Of a DNA stretch of 64,000 nt, positions 54,523 to 63,443 are shown one piece after another. Position numbers and translations under genes: made by a program. Position 1 is the first letter of the stretch. Each line of letters opens with the position of its first letter. This DNA is from an uncultured Candidatus Sumerlaeota bacterium. Its GTDB lineage: Bacteria > Sumerlaeota > Sumerlaeia > UBA8349. The stretch covers positions 4,066,040 to 4,130,039 of the forward strand of contig OW818685.1 of the NCBI GenBank assembly GCA_942493245.1, in the 5' to 3' direction. The notes beneath the pieces are model-generated. The model searched no databases. It was not told where the DNA came from and was given only the letters and a program-made list of their open reading frames with translations.

Positions 54523-55656
54523 ATGACGTATCGACTTTTACCGGCTGTTTCTGTTCCTGCCTGGCGGATGGGGGTGGTGGTGGATGGTCGGGTGTACCAT
54601 CCGGAAACTTTGTATCGTCGGGCGAAGGTGGATTTGTCGGAACGGCAGTGGCCTCGGGCGTTGTACAAGTTCGAGGCGGTGGATCTGGGCGCGATGGCGT
54701 TGAGGCCGGACGAGCGGCTGAGCCTGGGCGAGCGGGTGTTTGTGTCGGACGAGGCGTTGGGACTGGCGTTCTGGGCGACGCTGACGGAGGTGTCGCGGTC
54801 GCTGGAGTCGCCGTTTGAGGTGTCCCTGTCTTTCGAGACGCGACCGAAGAAACTGGCTGAGGTGCTGGAGGAGACGGTCGCGGGCGGTGTGGAGGAGTCG
54901 GTGTTTCTGCCGGACCCGGACGGGGGGAATCCGGGGGATCAGTTGATCCTGGACGAGAATCGGAATCTGGTTTATGGCGACTCGCCTTCGAGCCATTCGC
55001 ACGGCAACAAGGACACGCTGGACGCGATTCCGGCTCCTGGGGTGGACGGAAAGATTCTGACTTCGACGGGTGGCGGCGGGATGGATTGGGAGGACGCGCC
55101 GGAGTCGCACACTCACACGAACAAGGCGACGCTGGACGCGATTGAGGATTTGTCCCTGGGCGGGGAACTTGAGGTGCTGACGAAGGTGGGGAGCGCGGCG
55201 GTGTGGGCGGCTACGGCGGCGACGCACAGTCACGCGAATAAGACGACGCTGGACAAGTTCACGGACGCGGCGTTCAACGGGGCTGTGGCGGGGGCGTACC
55301 CGTACAAGGTGGCGGGTGGGACGGTGGCGTGGATGGCGCCGGACAATCAGTTGGTGTGGATGGGCGAGGTGGTGTCGGGTTCGTCGAGCGGGGGCGTGCA
55401 GTCTTATGTGATCAAGTTGCTGAGCGCGGTGGACCGGACGCCGACGGGGGTTCAGTTGTCGGATTGTTTCGTGCTGGATGACGGGGCCGATCCGTTGGTG
55501 ACGGGTCAGCGGGTGGCGGTGGTGGCGCCCAGCGCGGCGGGTGCGGCGGTGGGGCAGAAGGGTTTTGTGGTGGGGCGTTTCGGGCCGGACACGTCGATGC
55601 CTGCGCATTCGCATTCGCGGGATAGGGACGGGTATCTGGCGTTGTTTGAGGCGTGA
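54523..55656 (+). CDS. Tail protein with three HS/THxNKxTLD repeats
   Basis: HSHGNKDTLD, HTHTNKATLD, HSHANKTTLD. Confidence 0.75.
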   Translation: MTYRLLPAVSVPAWRMGVVVDGRVYHPETLYRRAKVDLSERQWPRALYKFEAVDLGAMALRPDERLSLGERVFVSDEALGLAFWATLTEVSRSLESPFEVSLSFETRPKKLAEVLEETVAGGVEESVFLPDPDGGNPGDQLILDENRNLVYGDSPSSHSHGNKDTLDAIPAPGVDGKILTSTGGGGMDWEDAPESHTHTNKATLDAIEDLSLGGELEVLTKVGSAAVWAATAATHSHANKTTLDKFTDAAFNGAVAGAYPYKVAGGTVAWMAPDNQLVWMGEVVSGSSSGGVQSYVIKLLSAVDRTPTGVQLSDCFVLDDGADPLVTGQRVAVVAPSAAGAAVGQKGFVVGRFGPDTSMPAHSHSRDRDGYLALFEA

Positions 55657-55826
55657 CCGATAACCGCCAGGCTCACGCGGAGACGCGGAGGCGCGGAGAA
55701 CTGCACACCGCAACCGATTACCACCAAGGCACCAAGAAACGATTGAGGGGAACCGCAGAACCGCAACCGATTTTGACCACGAAAGACACGAAGGACACGA
55801 AAAGAGCAACCGACAGGGAACCGATT
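55657..55826 (+). repeat. Composite spacer (8-bp, 8-bp, 9-bp modules with linkers)
   Basis: CTCACGCGGAGACGCGGAGGCGCGGAG; CCACCAAGGCACCAAG; ACCACGAAAGACACGAAGGACACGAAA. Confidence 0.85.
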
Positions 55827-58800
55827 ATGACTTTTCCAGGGACAGTTCCGGTGACGGCTCAGGCGAATGAGGAAGGGGTGTGTGTTCCTGCCGGGTGGGG
55901 GGCTGTGTATCGGTACGAGCCGGAGGATGTGGTGCTGGAGGTTCCGGAGCCGTACCGGCGGATTGTGTATGTGTCGTTGCGGGTGCCCTGGGGTCTGGGT
56001 TGGCGCGATGTGGTGACGGACGGGGGGCAGTTGGGGTCTCAAGACGCGGGGCTGGTGGGGGATTACTACTACCAGTTCGTCCGGTTGCTGGAGTTGGCCT
56101 GGTATGCGCGGTTGGGGCTGATCGGTTCGGCTGCTGGGTATGCGGCGAGGCTGGAGGGGGGTGAGCCGCTGGTTCAGAGTTGGACGTGTTCGGTTGTGGA
56201 CGGGGGCGGAAGCGGGACTTCGATCGGTTTGTCCACGGCTCCGACAGGGGGGCGGAGCGATCCGCGCGCGCTGCCGTTTGCGGAGAATAAGACGCTGACG
56301 CTGACGGGCGTTTCGGCAGGCCAGACGATCACGATCAACGGGTTGACGTTCACGGCGCACGCGACGACCACCACGCCAGCGAGCCGCCAATTCAAGGTGG
56401 ATGGGGACAACGCGGCGGATGCGGGGCAGTTGGTGACGTGTATCAGTCATGAGGATTATGGGGTGCCGGGGATTTCGGCGAGCGCTGAGGCGAATGTGAT
56501 CACGCTGCGGGCTGGGTCGAGCGCGGTGACGGTGAGCAATCCTCCGGCTTCAATCGCGGTGGGCACGTCGCACGCGTGGGGGCCTGCCGCGTCGTGCATT
56601 CAGCCGGGAGATGTGCTTTCGTTCAACGGTATCGAGGCGATGGTGTGTTCGCTGCCGGATCTGTCTTCTCTGCTGGGCGTGGCCACGGTGGCGCTGCACA
56701 AGCCGATCTATGCGCAGGCGGGGGATGTGGTGACGGTATTGCGACAACAGCCGACGCTCTGGTTCGGGATGCCGGTGTATCGGGCGAAGTGGGTGGAGGA
56801 GTTGCGGACGGACTGGTTGCCCTGGTCGGGCGGTCCGATTGAGTTGAAGCGGTCGAGCGGTGGGGCGGGCGCGATTGCCTGGCCGTATCGGGACGACGAC
56901 CCGGAGGCGGGGTACAAGGGGCATTTTCGGGCGTGGGAACGAAAGGCCGATGGGACGATTGAGGATGTCACGAGCGAGATTCTGCTGGGTTTTCCGGGGT
57001 TGGGGAGCGAGCCGAGACTTTCGATTTATACGGACGATAGCGGCGAGACGCACACGTATGTGACGCCGTTTTCTTATGAGTACAAGACGCTGACGCTGAC
57101 GGGCGTTTCGGCGGGGCAGACGATCACGATCAACGGGCTGACGTTCACGGCTCACGCGACGACCACCACGCCATCGAGCCGCCAGTTCAAGGTGGACGGG
57201 GACGACGCAGCCGACGCAGAGCAGTTGGTGGCGTGTCTCATGGACGCTCAGCATGGGGTGCCGGGGATCACGGTGGAGATGCAAGCGGGGACGAATGTGA
57301 TCGAGTTGCGCCCTGCGGCGAACGCGGTGACGGTTTCGACTCCTCCGGCTTCTATCGCGGTGGAAACGGTGTCGGACCTGGGCGTGAGTTCGGCGTACAA
57401 GTTCCGGTACGTGATGGAGGCGGTGAGCCAGAATTTTCCGTCTGGGGCGACGCAGTGGCGGGGTTCGCAGTCGTGTTGCAAGTGGGTGTGCCGGGACTGG
57501 TCGAACATGATTGCGCGCGGCGGGGATGCCGGGACGAAACTGGACACGGGCGGTCGGCATTGGTTCTGCGAGAAGCGGTTCGCGCTGTCGGGTTCGTTTT
57601 ATCTGGCGCGGTTCAATGAGTGGTGCATGCAGACGGAGTGTCCGTCGTTTGCGCAGCGGGTTCCGTGGCGGCTTGGTGTGGCGGCGATGGCGCGGGTGGC
57701 GATGGGCCGGAACCTGTATCTGCGGGGGGAGGGGGACAACGCGCCGGTGGCACGGGCGCAGAATCCGAGCCTGATGGAGATGGCCGGTATGCCGGGGTAC
57801 ACGGGAGACGAAACGTCTCTGACGCCGGTGATCTGGTACGCGAAGACGACTCCGGCTTATGCGGAGGGCTTGTTTGGCGTGCTGGAGGACGTGCCGGTGA
57901 GCGAGCGCCAGGCGGACGAGGGTTTGGTGAAGCGGCTGCGGTATGGGGCGGTGAAGGGGAACGGCGCGGGCCTGCTGGCGCAGGGGGGCGCGTTTGTGAA
58001 GGCGGACCGGGCCGGGGGGGTGTCGTATCAGGATCGGAACCAGTACGACGACGGGAGCGACTACTACACCGAGGAGGCGTATCAGCCGTTGCGGGAGTGG
58101 CACGTGAGCGCGATGGATGAGTCTGGCTTTGGCGCGGTGGCCTCGGGGAAGTGCGAGGCGGAGGTGCAGCGCGTACGGCCGCAGCGGGTGCGGGTGCCGG
58201 GGGTGGTGAAGGGCGAGGACGCGACGATCAACGGCGTGGCGGTGACGTGGGAAAAGGACGGCGAGGAGTTGACGGGAAAGTTGACGCTGACGATTCCGCC
58301 GATGTGGGGGAAGACGTTCGGCGCGAAGTCGCTGAGCGCGCGGGCGGCGACCATCGAGCGGGCTGCGGTGATCGACAGCGGGAATGTTTTGCTGCTGGAG
58401 TTTCTGCCGGAAGAGGTGACGTGCGAGGGGCTGAACGCGCAGGGCGACGCGGTGCAGTACACCTGGCTGAGCGGCGGGGGGACGGTGTGCGCGAAGAACG
58501 AGCAGCGGATTTTCAACCCGAAGGCGGTGACGCAGAACAAGTTCGGGAGCATGGCGCAGAAGGTCTGCCGGGGGGATTCGATTCGGATTCCGGAGTTGAC
58601 CGGGTATGAGAATACCTTGCTGACGGTGATCTGGGCGAAGGCGCACGCGGGGGCGATCTATGCCGGTGCGGGGGCGAGCGCGGCGCCGAACGGGGCGAGC
58701 GTTCCGGCGATCTATCAGACGGCCTCGTGGCGGCTGGCTCAGGATGTGGTGTATCTGGATCTGCCGAGCGGCGGTCCGGGCGGGGCGCTGCGGGAGTTTC

Positions 58801-60308
58801 TGAACGCGGGTGGGTCGCTCGCGCTGGTGGGGAAAACGATCGAGGTGACGAGCAGGAGCGTGATGCCTCCGTTGCGCTCGGCGCGGTTCGCCGACGGCCA
58901 GGCGACGTTTACGGAGACGGACTACACGGTGCAGGTGCGTCACTTTTCGCAGGGGGCCGAGCCGAGCGAGGGGACGATTTTGGCCGGGCTGGAGTTCGAT
59001 CCGGCCAACGGGGTGATCGTGATTCCCTCGAGCGAGACGGATGGGTGGGACGTGGCGGCGAAGCATCACCTGGCGATTCTGAGCGCGGCGACGGGGGGCG
59101 GGTGTTTCCTGTTTCAGCGCGGCGAGGGACTTTGCGCGGAGCATCTGACATACCTGCGGACGGCTCTGCGGCGGCTCCAGTGGTTTCAGCCGGATGATGT
59201 GGTGGTGGCCACGGTGAGCGAAGCGATCAGCGCGTACGTGCCCGCGTCGGGGATAAACGAGGGCGGCGCGTTTTGGGCGACGATCTGCACGAACGGGGCT
59301 TCGCGTCCGATACGGGCAGGGGGACAGGTGTGCAAGACCTGGCCGTCAGCGGTGACGGGGAACAACATGGCGCCTTATGGGGGGATTGCGGGGTCCATCC
59401 CAAGCGGGGGGGCGTATCCGATCATCGAGCCTTCCATTCCTTTGAGTTTGTTCAGCGAGTACAACGCGGCCTGGGACAAACTGTACTTTCGCTCGACGGG
59501 CGGGGCTTATCAGCAAGGCTGCCCGGCAGGGTCGGGGGATGTAAACGGTCAGTGGATGTTTATCCGATACTTTGCCTGGTGCAATCAGGTGATCGAGTTG
59601 ACGCCTCAGTATCTGGGTCGGTTTCGGGCGGAGTGGATCGGGCAGGCGTTGCTGGAGATCAAATGCAGCGGGGCGGTGGTGACTCGCTTTACGACGACGT
59701 GGACATGGAACGCGGAGACGTATGGGTTGGAGTCGAGCGTCGTGGAGGACACGAGCGCGCGGCAGGTGCATCTGGCGGCTTATGTGGCCACCGAGGTGAC
59801 GATTCCGGGGTTGGAAACGCCTGGGTACACGTTTGAGAAAGCGGGGATCAGCGTTCCGTTTTCGCTTCCGACCACGAACAAGTGGGAGACGGTGGACGTG
59901 ACGGCGCTGGTGCGGGAGTTGTGCCGGAAACCGTATCCAGCCGGGCAGAAATTGTTTCTGGTGGTGCAGGCGGGCGCGGGGATTGACGTGTCGGGCGAGT
60001 ACGGCGCGCGGGATCTGGCGCGGTCGTGTTTTCAGTCGTCGGTCACGATTGGGGACTGGTCGGAATCGAATCCGTATGGATACAAGGAGTCGTTTCTGGA
60101 GTGGGACGGGGAGAAGTATGTGGATGGGGACGGCCAGGTGGGGAATGTCGTGGGGGGGAGTCAGGTCTTTTCGCATTTGTCGTATGAGGGCTTTTCGGCG
60201 CGGGATCTGCGGATCAAGTTGGATTGGGATGGGATGGAGCAGGAAGACTATCTGCCGCATCGGGTTTTGCTGGCAGACGGGGGCGGGAATATGCCCGCCA
60301 TGGCGTGA
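55827..60308 (+). CDS. Large tail/receptor-binding protein (1493 aa) with internal ~95-aa duplication
   Basis: ATG 55827 after spacer; KTLTLTGVSAGQTITINGLTFTAHATTTTP.SRQFKVDGD twice. Confidence 0.8.
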   Translation: MTFPGTVPVTAQANEEGVCVPAGWGAVYRYEPEDVVLEVPEPYRRIVYVSLRVPWGLGWRDVVTDGGQLGSQDAGLVGDYYYQFVRLLELAWYARLGLIGSAAGYAARLEGGEPLVQSWTCSVVDGGGSGTSIGLSTAPTGGRSDPRALPFAENKTLTLTGVSAGQTITINGLTFTAHATTTTPASRQFKVDGDNAADAGQLVTCISHEDYGVPGISASAEANVITLRAGSSAVTVSNPPASIAVGTSHAWGPAASCIQPGDVLSFNGIEAMVCSLPDLSSLLGVATVALHKPIYAQAGDVVTVLRQQPTLWFGMPVYRAKWVEELRTDWLPWSGGPIELKRSSGGAGAIAWPYRDDDPEAGYKGHFRAWERKADGTIEDVTSEILLGFPGLGSEPRLSIYTDDSGETHTYVTPFSYEYKTLTLTGVSAGQTITINGLTFTAHATTTTPSSRQFKVDGDDAADAEQLVACLMDAQHGVPGITVEMQAGTNVIELRPAANAVTVSTPPASIAVETVSDLGVSSAYKFRYVMEAVSQNFPSGATQWRGSQSCCKWVCRDWSNMIARGGDAGTKLDTGGRHWFCEKRFALSGSFYLARFNEWCMQTECPSFAQRVPWRLGVAAMARVAMGRNLYLRGEGDNAPVARAQNPSLMEMAGMPGYTGDETSLTPVIWYAKTTPAYAEGLFGVLEDVPVSERQADEGLVKRLRYGAVKGNGAGLLAQGGAFVKADRAGGVSYQDRNQYDDGSDYYTEEAYQPLREWHVSAMDESGFGAVASGKCEAEVQRVRPQRVRVPGVVKGEDATINGVAVTWEKDGEELTGKLTLTIPPMWGKTFGAKSLSARAATIERAAVIDSGNVLLLEFLPEEVTCEGLNAQGDAVQYTWLSGGGTVCAKNEQRIFNPKAVTQNKFGSMAQKVCRGDSIRIPELTGYENTLLTVIWAKAHAGAIYAGAGASAAPNGASVPAIYQTASWRLAQDVVYLDLPSGGPGGALREFLNAGGSLALVGKTIEVTSRSVMPPLRSARFADGQATFTETDYTVQVRHFSQGAEPSEGTILAGLEFDPANGVIVIPSSETDGWDVAAKHHLAILSAATGGGCFLFQRGEGLCAEHLTYLRTALRRLQWFQPDDVVVATVSEAISAYVPASGINEGGAFWATICTNGASRPIRAGGQVCKTWPSAVTGNNMAPYGGIAGSIPSGGAYPIIEPSIPLSLFSEYNAAWDKLYFRSTGGAYQQGCPAGSGDVNGQWMFIRYFAWCNQVIELTPQYLGRFRAEWIGQALLEIKCSGAVVTRFTTTWTWNAETYGLESSVVEDTSARQVHLAAYVATEVTIPGLETPGYTFEKAGISVPFSLPTTNKWETVDVTALVRELCRKPYPAGQKLFLVVQAGAGIDVSGEYGARDLARSCFQSSVTIGDWSESNPYGYKESFLEWDGEKYVDGDGQVGNVVGGSQVFSHLSYEGFSARDLRIKLDWDGMEQEDYLPHRVLLADGGGNMPAMA

Positions 60309-60424
60309 GGGAACCGCAACCGATAACCGCGGACTCACGCGGAGGCGCGGAGGCACGGAGAACCGCAACCGATAGGCTCACGCGAAGGCGCGAAGACGCA
60401 AAGAACCGACAGGAGGGGTGATAG

Positions 60425-62047
60425 ATGGGCGACGTGACGGTGCAGCATAACGATGTGGGGGTGGAGTTGACTCGGGCGGAGTTTACTTCGCCTTCAACGC
60501 ACGCGGTGGTGGTGGCGGGCGCGGCGGCTCGGGATTTGATCCAGGCGAAGGCGGACGGGAAGCTCGAGTCGGTGAACACGCCGAGCGTGCAGAAGATCAA
60601 GGTGGGCGGCGCGGCGGGAACGCCGACGAACGAGATTGACCTGGCGGCGGGTCGGCTGGAGGCGGCGGCGGGAACGGTGTGCTGCGCTCGGGGGCAGGTG
60701 ATCGGGGGGCTGGGCGAGGCGGGAAAGGGTGCGCTCGAGTTTTTGCACGCGCTCCTCGATGAGCAGAGCGGTGCGGCGATTGCGGACCGGACGGGGCACT
60801 GGCCGGGGGCGCTGTCGGGGACGCTGGGTTATACGGCGAGCGGCTTGCCGTCGGGATTGGCGAGCGCGCTGGTGCTGGACGGGGCGACGAATGCGGTGGA
60901 CTTCGGGCGGATGGACTTCTCGACGTGGCAGGAGTTGAGCGTGTCGCTGTGGGTGAAGATTGCGGCGGACGCGGCGGATGCGTCGCATGCTCTGATCGGG
61001 AACAACACGTTCAATTGCACGGATGGGTGGTCAATTTTCTGGGTGGGAACGGGGGGGACAGACCGTCGTTTGTTCGCGTACCACAACGGGGTCGGACTTG
61101 GAACAGGCGCTGGGAACACTTTCACAAAGGACGCCTGGCATCACATCGTTTTTACGATTCGCCGGGACGCCGGGTTGTCTTTGGTTGTGGATGGGGTTGT
61201 TTATCCGCCGGTTTCTGGCGCGTCGTCCTATTCGCTCAACACGGCCTACAGCACAAAGTTGGGGGTGAGGGCGACTTCGAGCGGGTATTGGGCGAAAGCG
61301 TCGGTGGCGGGTCTGCGGATTTACAACCGGGCGCTGTCGCTGGATGAGGCGCTGGCGCTCTATGCCGGTGGAGCGGGGCGGAAGGAGCCGTTTGTGCCAG
61401 CGGTGGGCGGTCTGCTCGATGCGTGGCAGATGGTGGCTCCGGGTTTGTTTTCGGGGACCGCGGTCAACACTTACCAGGTGACGTGTTCAGACCCGAGGGT
61501 GGCGCCTGGGGTGCCGTTGCGGATTATAGTGGGGTCGGTGGCCTATTACTATATGGCGCTGGCGGTGTCGGGTTCGACGGTGACGGTGGCGGGTCCGGCT
61601 CTTTCGACGACCGCCGGGGCGATTCGGGGGATTGCGATTCGTCCGCCGAGCGCGGTGGTGGTGGAGCGTTTCCCGCAGCCGGGGAGTTACGCGAGCGGGC
61701 GGAGCGCGGGGGATGTGCTGGAGTCGCGGGTGTGGCGTCGGGGGGCTGCGGCGCTGGTGGCGCTGACGGCGAAGCACGGCACGAACGACACGGGGGCGGT
61801 GCAGCCGTATGTGAATCTGAAGATCGGCGGGAACGCGGTTTCGACGATGAACACGAATCAGGGGCCGTCTATGTCGAGCGCGGCGTGGACGCCGGATCTG
61901 GCGACGGGGAGCACTCTTCTGGGGGCGATCAATGCCGCGAATTACAGCGTGGCTCTCAATGGGGTGATCGACCTGGTCTTGACGGTGACGGGGAGCAATA
62001 AGGACGCGGTGGGGCTGCTGGTGGATTCGATCTGGGTGCTGAAGTGA
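60425..62047 (+). CDS. Tail fibre/receptor-binding protein with LamG-like jellyroll domain
   Basis: ALVLDGATNAVD, SVSLWVK, WHHIVFT, LRIYNRALSLDE. Confidence 0.82.
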   Translation: MGDVTVQHNDVGVELTRAEFTSPSTHAVVVAGAAARDLIQAKADGKLESVNTPSVQKIKVGGAAGTPTNEIDLAAGRLEAAAGTVCCARGQVIGGLGEAGKGALEFLHALLDEQSGAAIADRTGHWPGALSGTLGYTASGLPSGLASALVLDGATNAVDFGRMDFSTWQELSVSLWVKIAADAADASHALIGNNTFNCTDGWSIFWVGTGGTDRRLFAYHNGVGLGTGAGNTFTKDAWHHIVFTIRRDAGLSLVVDGVVYPPVSGASSYSLNTAYSTKLGVRATSSGYWAKASVAGLRIYNRALSLDEALALYAGGAGRKEPFVPAVGGLLDAWQMVAPGLFSGTAVNTYQVTCSDPRVAPGVPLRIIVGSVAYYYMALAVSGSTVTVAGPALSTTAGAIRGIAIRPPSAVVVERFPQPGSYASGRSAGDVLESRVWRRGAAALVALTAKHGTNDTGAVQPYVNLKIGGNAVSTMNTNQGPSMSSAAWTPDLATGSTLLGAINAANYSVALNGVIDLVLTVTGSNKDAVGLLVDSIWVLK

Positions 62048-62108
62048 GGAACTGAAAGAAACCACCAAGACACCAAGGCACAAAGAACCGAAACAGAGGG
62101 AGGGGGGA

Positions 62109-62654
62109 ATGAGGATGTCACGGTTTGAGGCGGGGATCGAGTGGGTGCTGAAGCACGAGGGGGAGGAGTTGACGCAAGACCCGGTATGGACGCGCTGGGG
62201 GGTGACGTTGCCGGAGATGGAGCGCGAGGGGCTGGATCTGGATGGGGATGGGGACGTGGACATCGAGGACGTAAAGCGCTTGACGCAGTGTGAGGCGCGC
62301 GCATTCTACAAGCGTCGGTTCTGGCGCCAGATCTACGAGCAGATTGCGGACCAGCGGGTCGCAACGAAACTGCTGGACTACGCGATCAACATGGGGACGT
62401 GGCAGGCGGTGGTGATTCTGCAACGGGCGTGTCGGGCGGTGACGAGTTACGCGCTGAAGGAGGATGGCGTCCTGGGCGCGAAGACGCTGGCGGCGGTGAA
62501 CGGGAGCGATCCGGGGCGGCTGTTGGCGGCGTTGTGCAGCGAGGGGGGCGGTGTGTACCGGCAGATGGCGGCTAAGAGGCCGGAGCGGTACTACGCGTAC
62601 CTGGAGGGGTGGCTGAATCGGGCGTATGACACGCCGAGGCTTGAGATGGAATAA
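62109..62654 (+). CDS. Endolysin, glycoside hydrolase family 108-like with C-terminal PG-binding domain
   Basis: FE..IEWVLKHEG, T.WGVT, FYKRRFW, LLDYAINMG, EDGVLGAKTL, YLEGWLNR. Confidence 0.88.
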   Translation: MRMSRFEAGIEWVLKHEGEELTQDPVWTRWGVTLPEMEREGLDLDGDGDVDIEDVKRLTQCEARAFYKRRFWRQIYEQIADQRVATKLLDYAINMGTWQAVVILQRACRAVTSYALKEDGVLGAKTLAAVNGSDPGRLLAALCSEGGGVYRQMAAKRPERYYAYLEGWLNRAYDTPRLEME

Positions 62655-62696
62655 GGCCGCCTGGGCGGCTAAAAATAGGCAAAGGGGGATCGGATC

Positions 62697-62861
62697 ATGA
62701 AGTTGTGGAAGACGAAGACGTTCTGGGGCGGACTTGGGACCATCGTGACGGGCGCGGGGATGATCGCGCTCGGGAACAAGATCGAGGGCGTGCAGACGAT
62801 CATCGTGGGCGTGCTGGCGATTTTCGGGCGCGACGCGGTGTCGAAACTGAAAGCCGAGTGA
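62697..62861 (+). CDS. Small two-TM holin candidate (54 aa), not in ORF track
   Basis: MKLWKTKTFWGGLGTIVTGAGMIALGNKIEGVQTIIVGVLAIFGRDAVSKLKAE; directly after endolysin. Confidence 0.7.
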   Translation: MKLWKTKTFWGGLGTIVTGAGMIALGNKIEGVQTIIVGVLAIFGRDAVSKLKAE

Positions 62862-62871
62862 GGGAGGCCTT

Positions 62872-63192
62872 ATGCTCTCGAAGATAGCAGGGGCGCTCCT
62901 GGTGCTCGCGCCGATCTGGTTGGACGTGATTCAGGGTCCGGACGGCGCGATGCGGATAGAACGGCCGCAACGGCTGGAGCCGATCCGGATCGAGTTGGCC
63001 TGGGACAAAAACGCGGAGCCGGATGTGGTCCGCTATGAGGTCTTCCGGGCGGTCAAGGTGGGGGTGACGACGGGGACGGTGTTCCTGGACCAGGCGCTGA
63101 CGGCGCGCCCGTACTGGTATGCGGTGCGAGCGGTGGACGCGAGCGAGAACCGGTCCGAGTTTGCTAGCTGGATTCGAATTGCGCCTCCTTAG
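62872..63192 (+). CDS. Small exported FN3-like protein
   Basis: Hydrophobic N-terminus; LAWDKNAEPDVVRYEVFR...YWYAVRAVD..N.S. Confidence 0.7.
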   Translation: MLSKIAGALLVLAPIWLDVIQGPDGAMRIERPQRLEPIRIELAWDKNAEPDVVRYEVFRAVKVGVTTGTVFLDQALTARPYWYAVRAVDASENRSEFASWIRIAPP

Positions 63193-63225
63193 CGAGGTGG
63201 GGCTTGTCAAGGGCACTTGACAGGG

Positions 63226-63265
63226 GCGGTCTCCTGGCCGGAAGGCTGGGGGGCCGTTTTTTTTT
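63226..63265 (+). terminator. Late-operon intrinsic terminator
   Basis: GCGGTCTCCTGGCC-ggaa-GGCTGGGGGGCCGT then T-run. Confidence 0.8.
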
Positions 63266-63317
63266 GTTCGGATGGGGCAGTGGGTAACTGTTTCGGTTAC
63301 TCACCCTTAAAAATCTA

Positions 63318-63336
63318 TTACAAGATCCTTACATGG
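63318..63336 (+). promoter_or_regulatory. Candidate integrase arm-type site
   Basis: TTACAAGA-tcc-TTACATGG; matches 20499-20517. Confidence 0.5.
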
Positions 63337-63443
63337 ATGGGGCGTAAATGGGGGGTAAACGGGGCGTCAAAAGGAAACGGACGCAGAAATTGTCTGCGTC
63401 CGCGAGGGGTGTTTAAAGTGTTTGTTTTCAAGGGTTTTCGTTT

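Noticed and set aside
48306-55826. ORF-track starts at 48306, 49004 and 55653
   Set aside because: Extensions run through repeat spacers; downstream ATGs (48459, 49076, 55827) fit better
56289-57365. Diversity-generating retroelement TR/VR pair
   Set aside because: Mismatches are not adenine-specific, both copies are in one ORF, and no reverse transcriptase is in the window
20510-59144. Very long alternative-frame ORFs (e.g. 20510-22261, 24912-26645, 35678-38134, 48839-51415, 56550-59144, 17756-20011)
   Set aside because: Pro/Arg/His or Gly/Val low-complexity shadows of real genes, explained by high GC and strong strand skew suppressing stops
22279-62097. CRISPR array interpretation of pentamer arrays or composite spacers
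   Set aside because: No constant 23-47 bp repeat with unique equal-length spacers; no cas1/cas2/cas6
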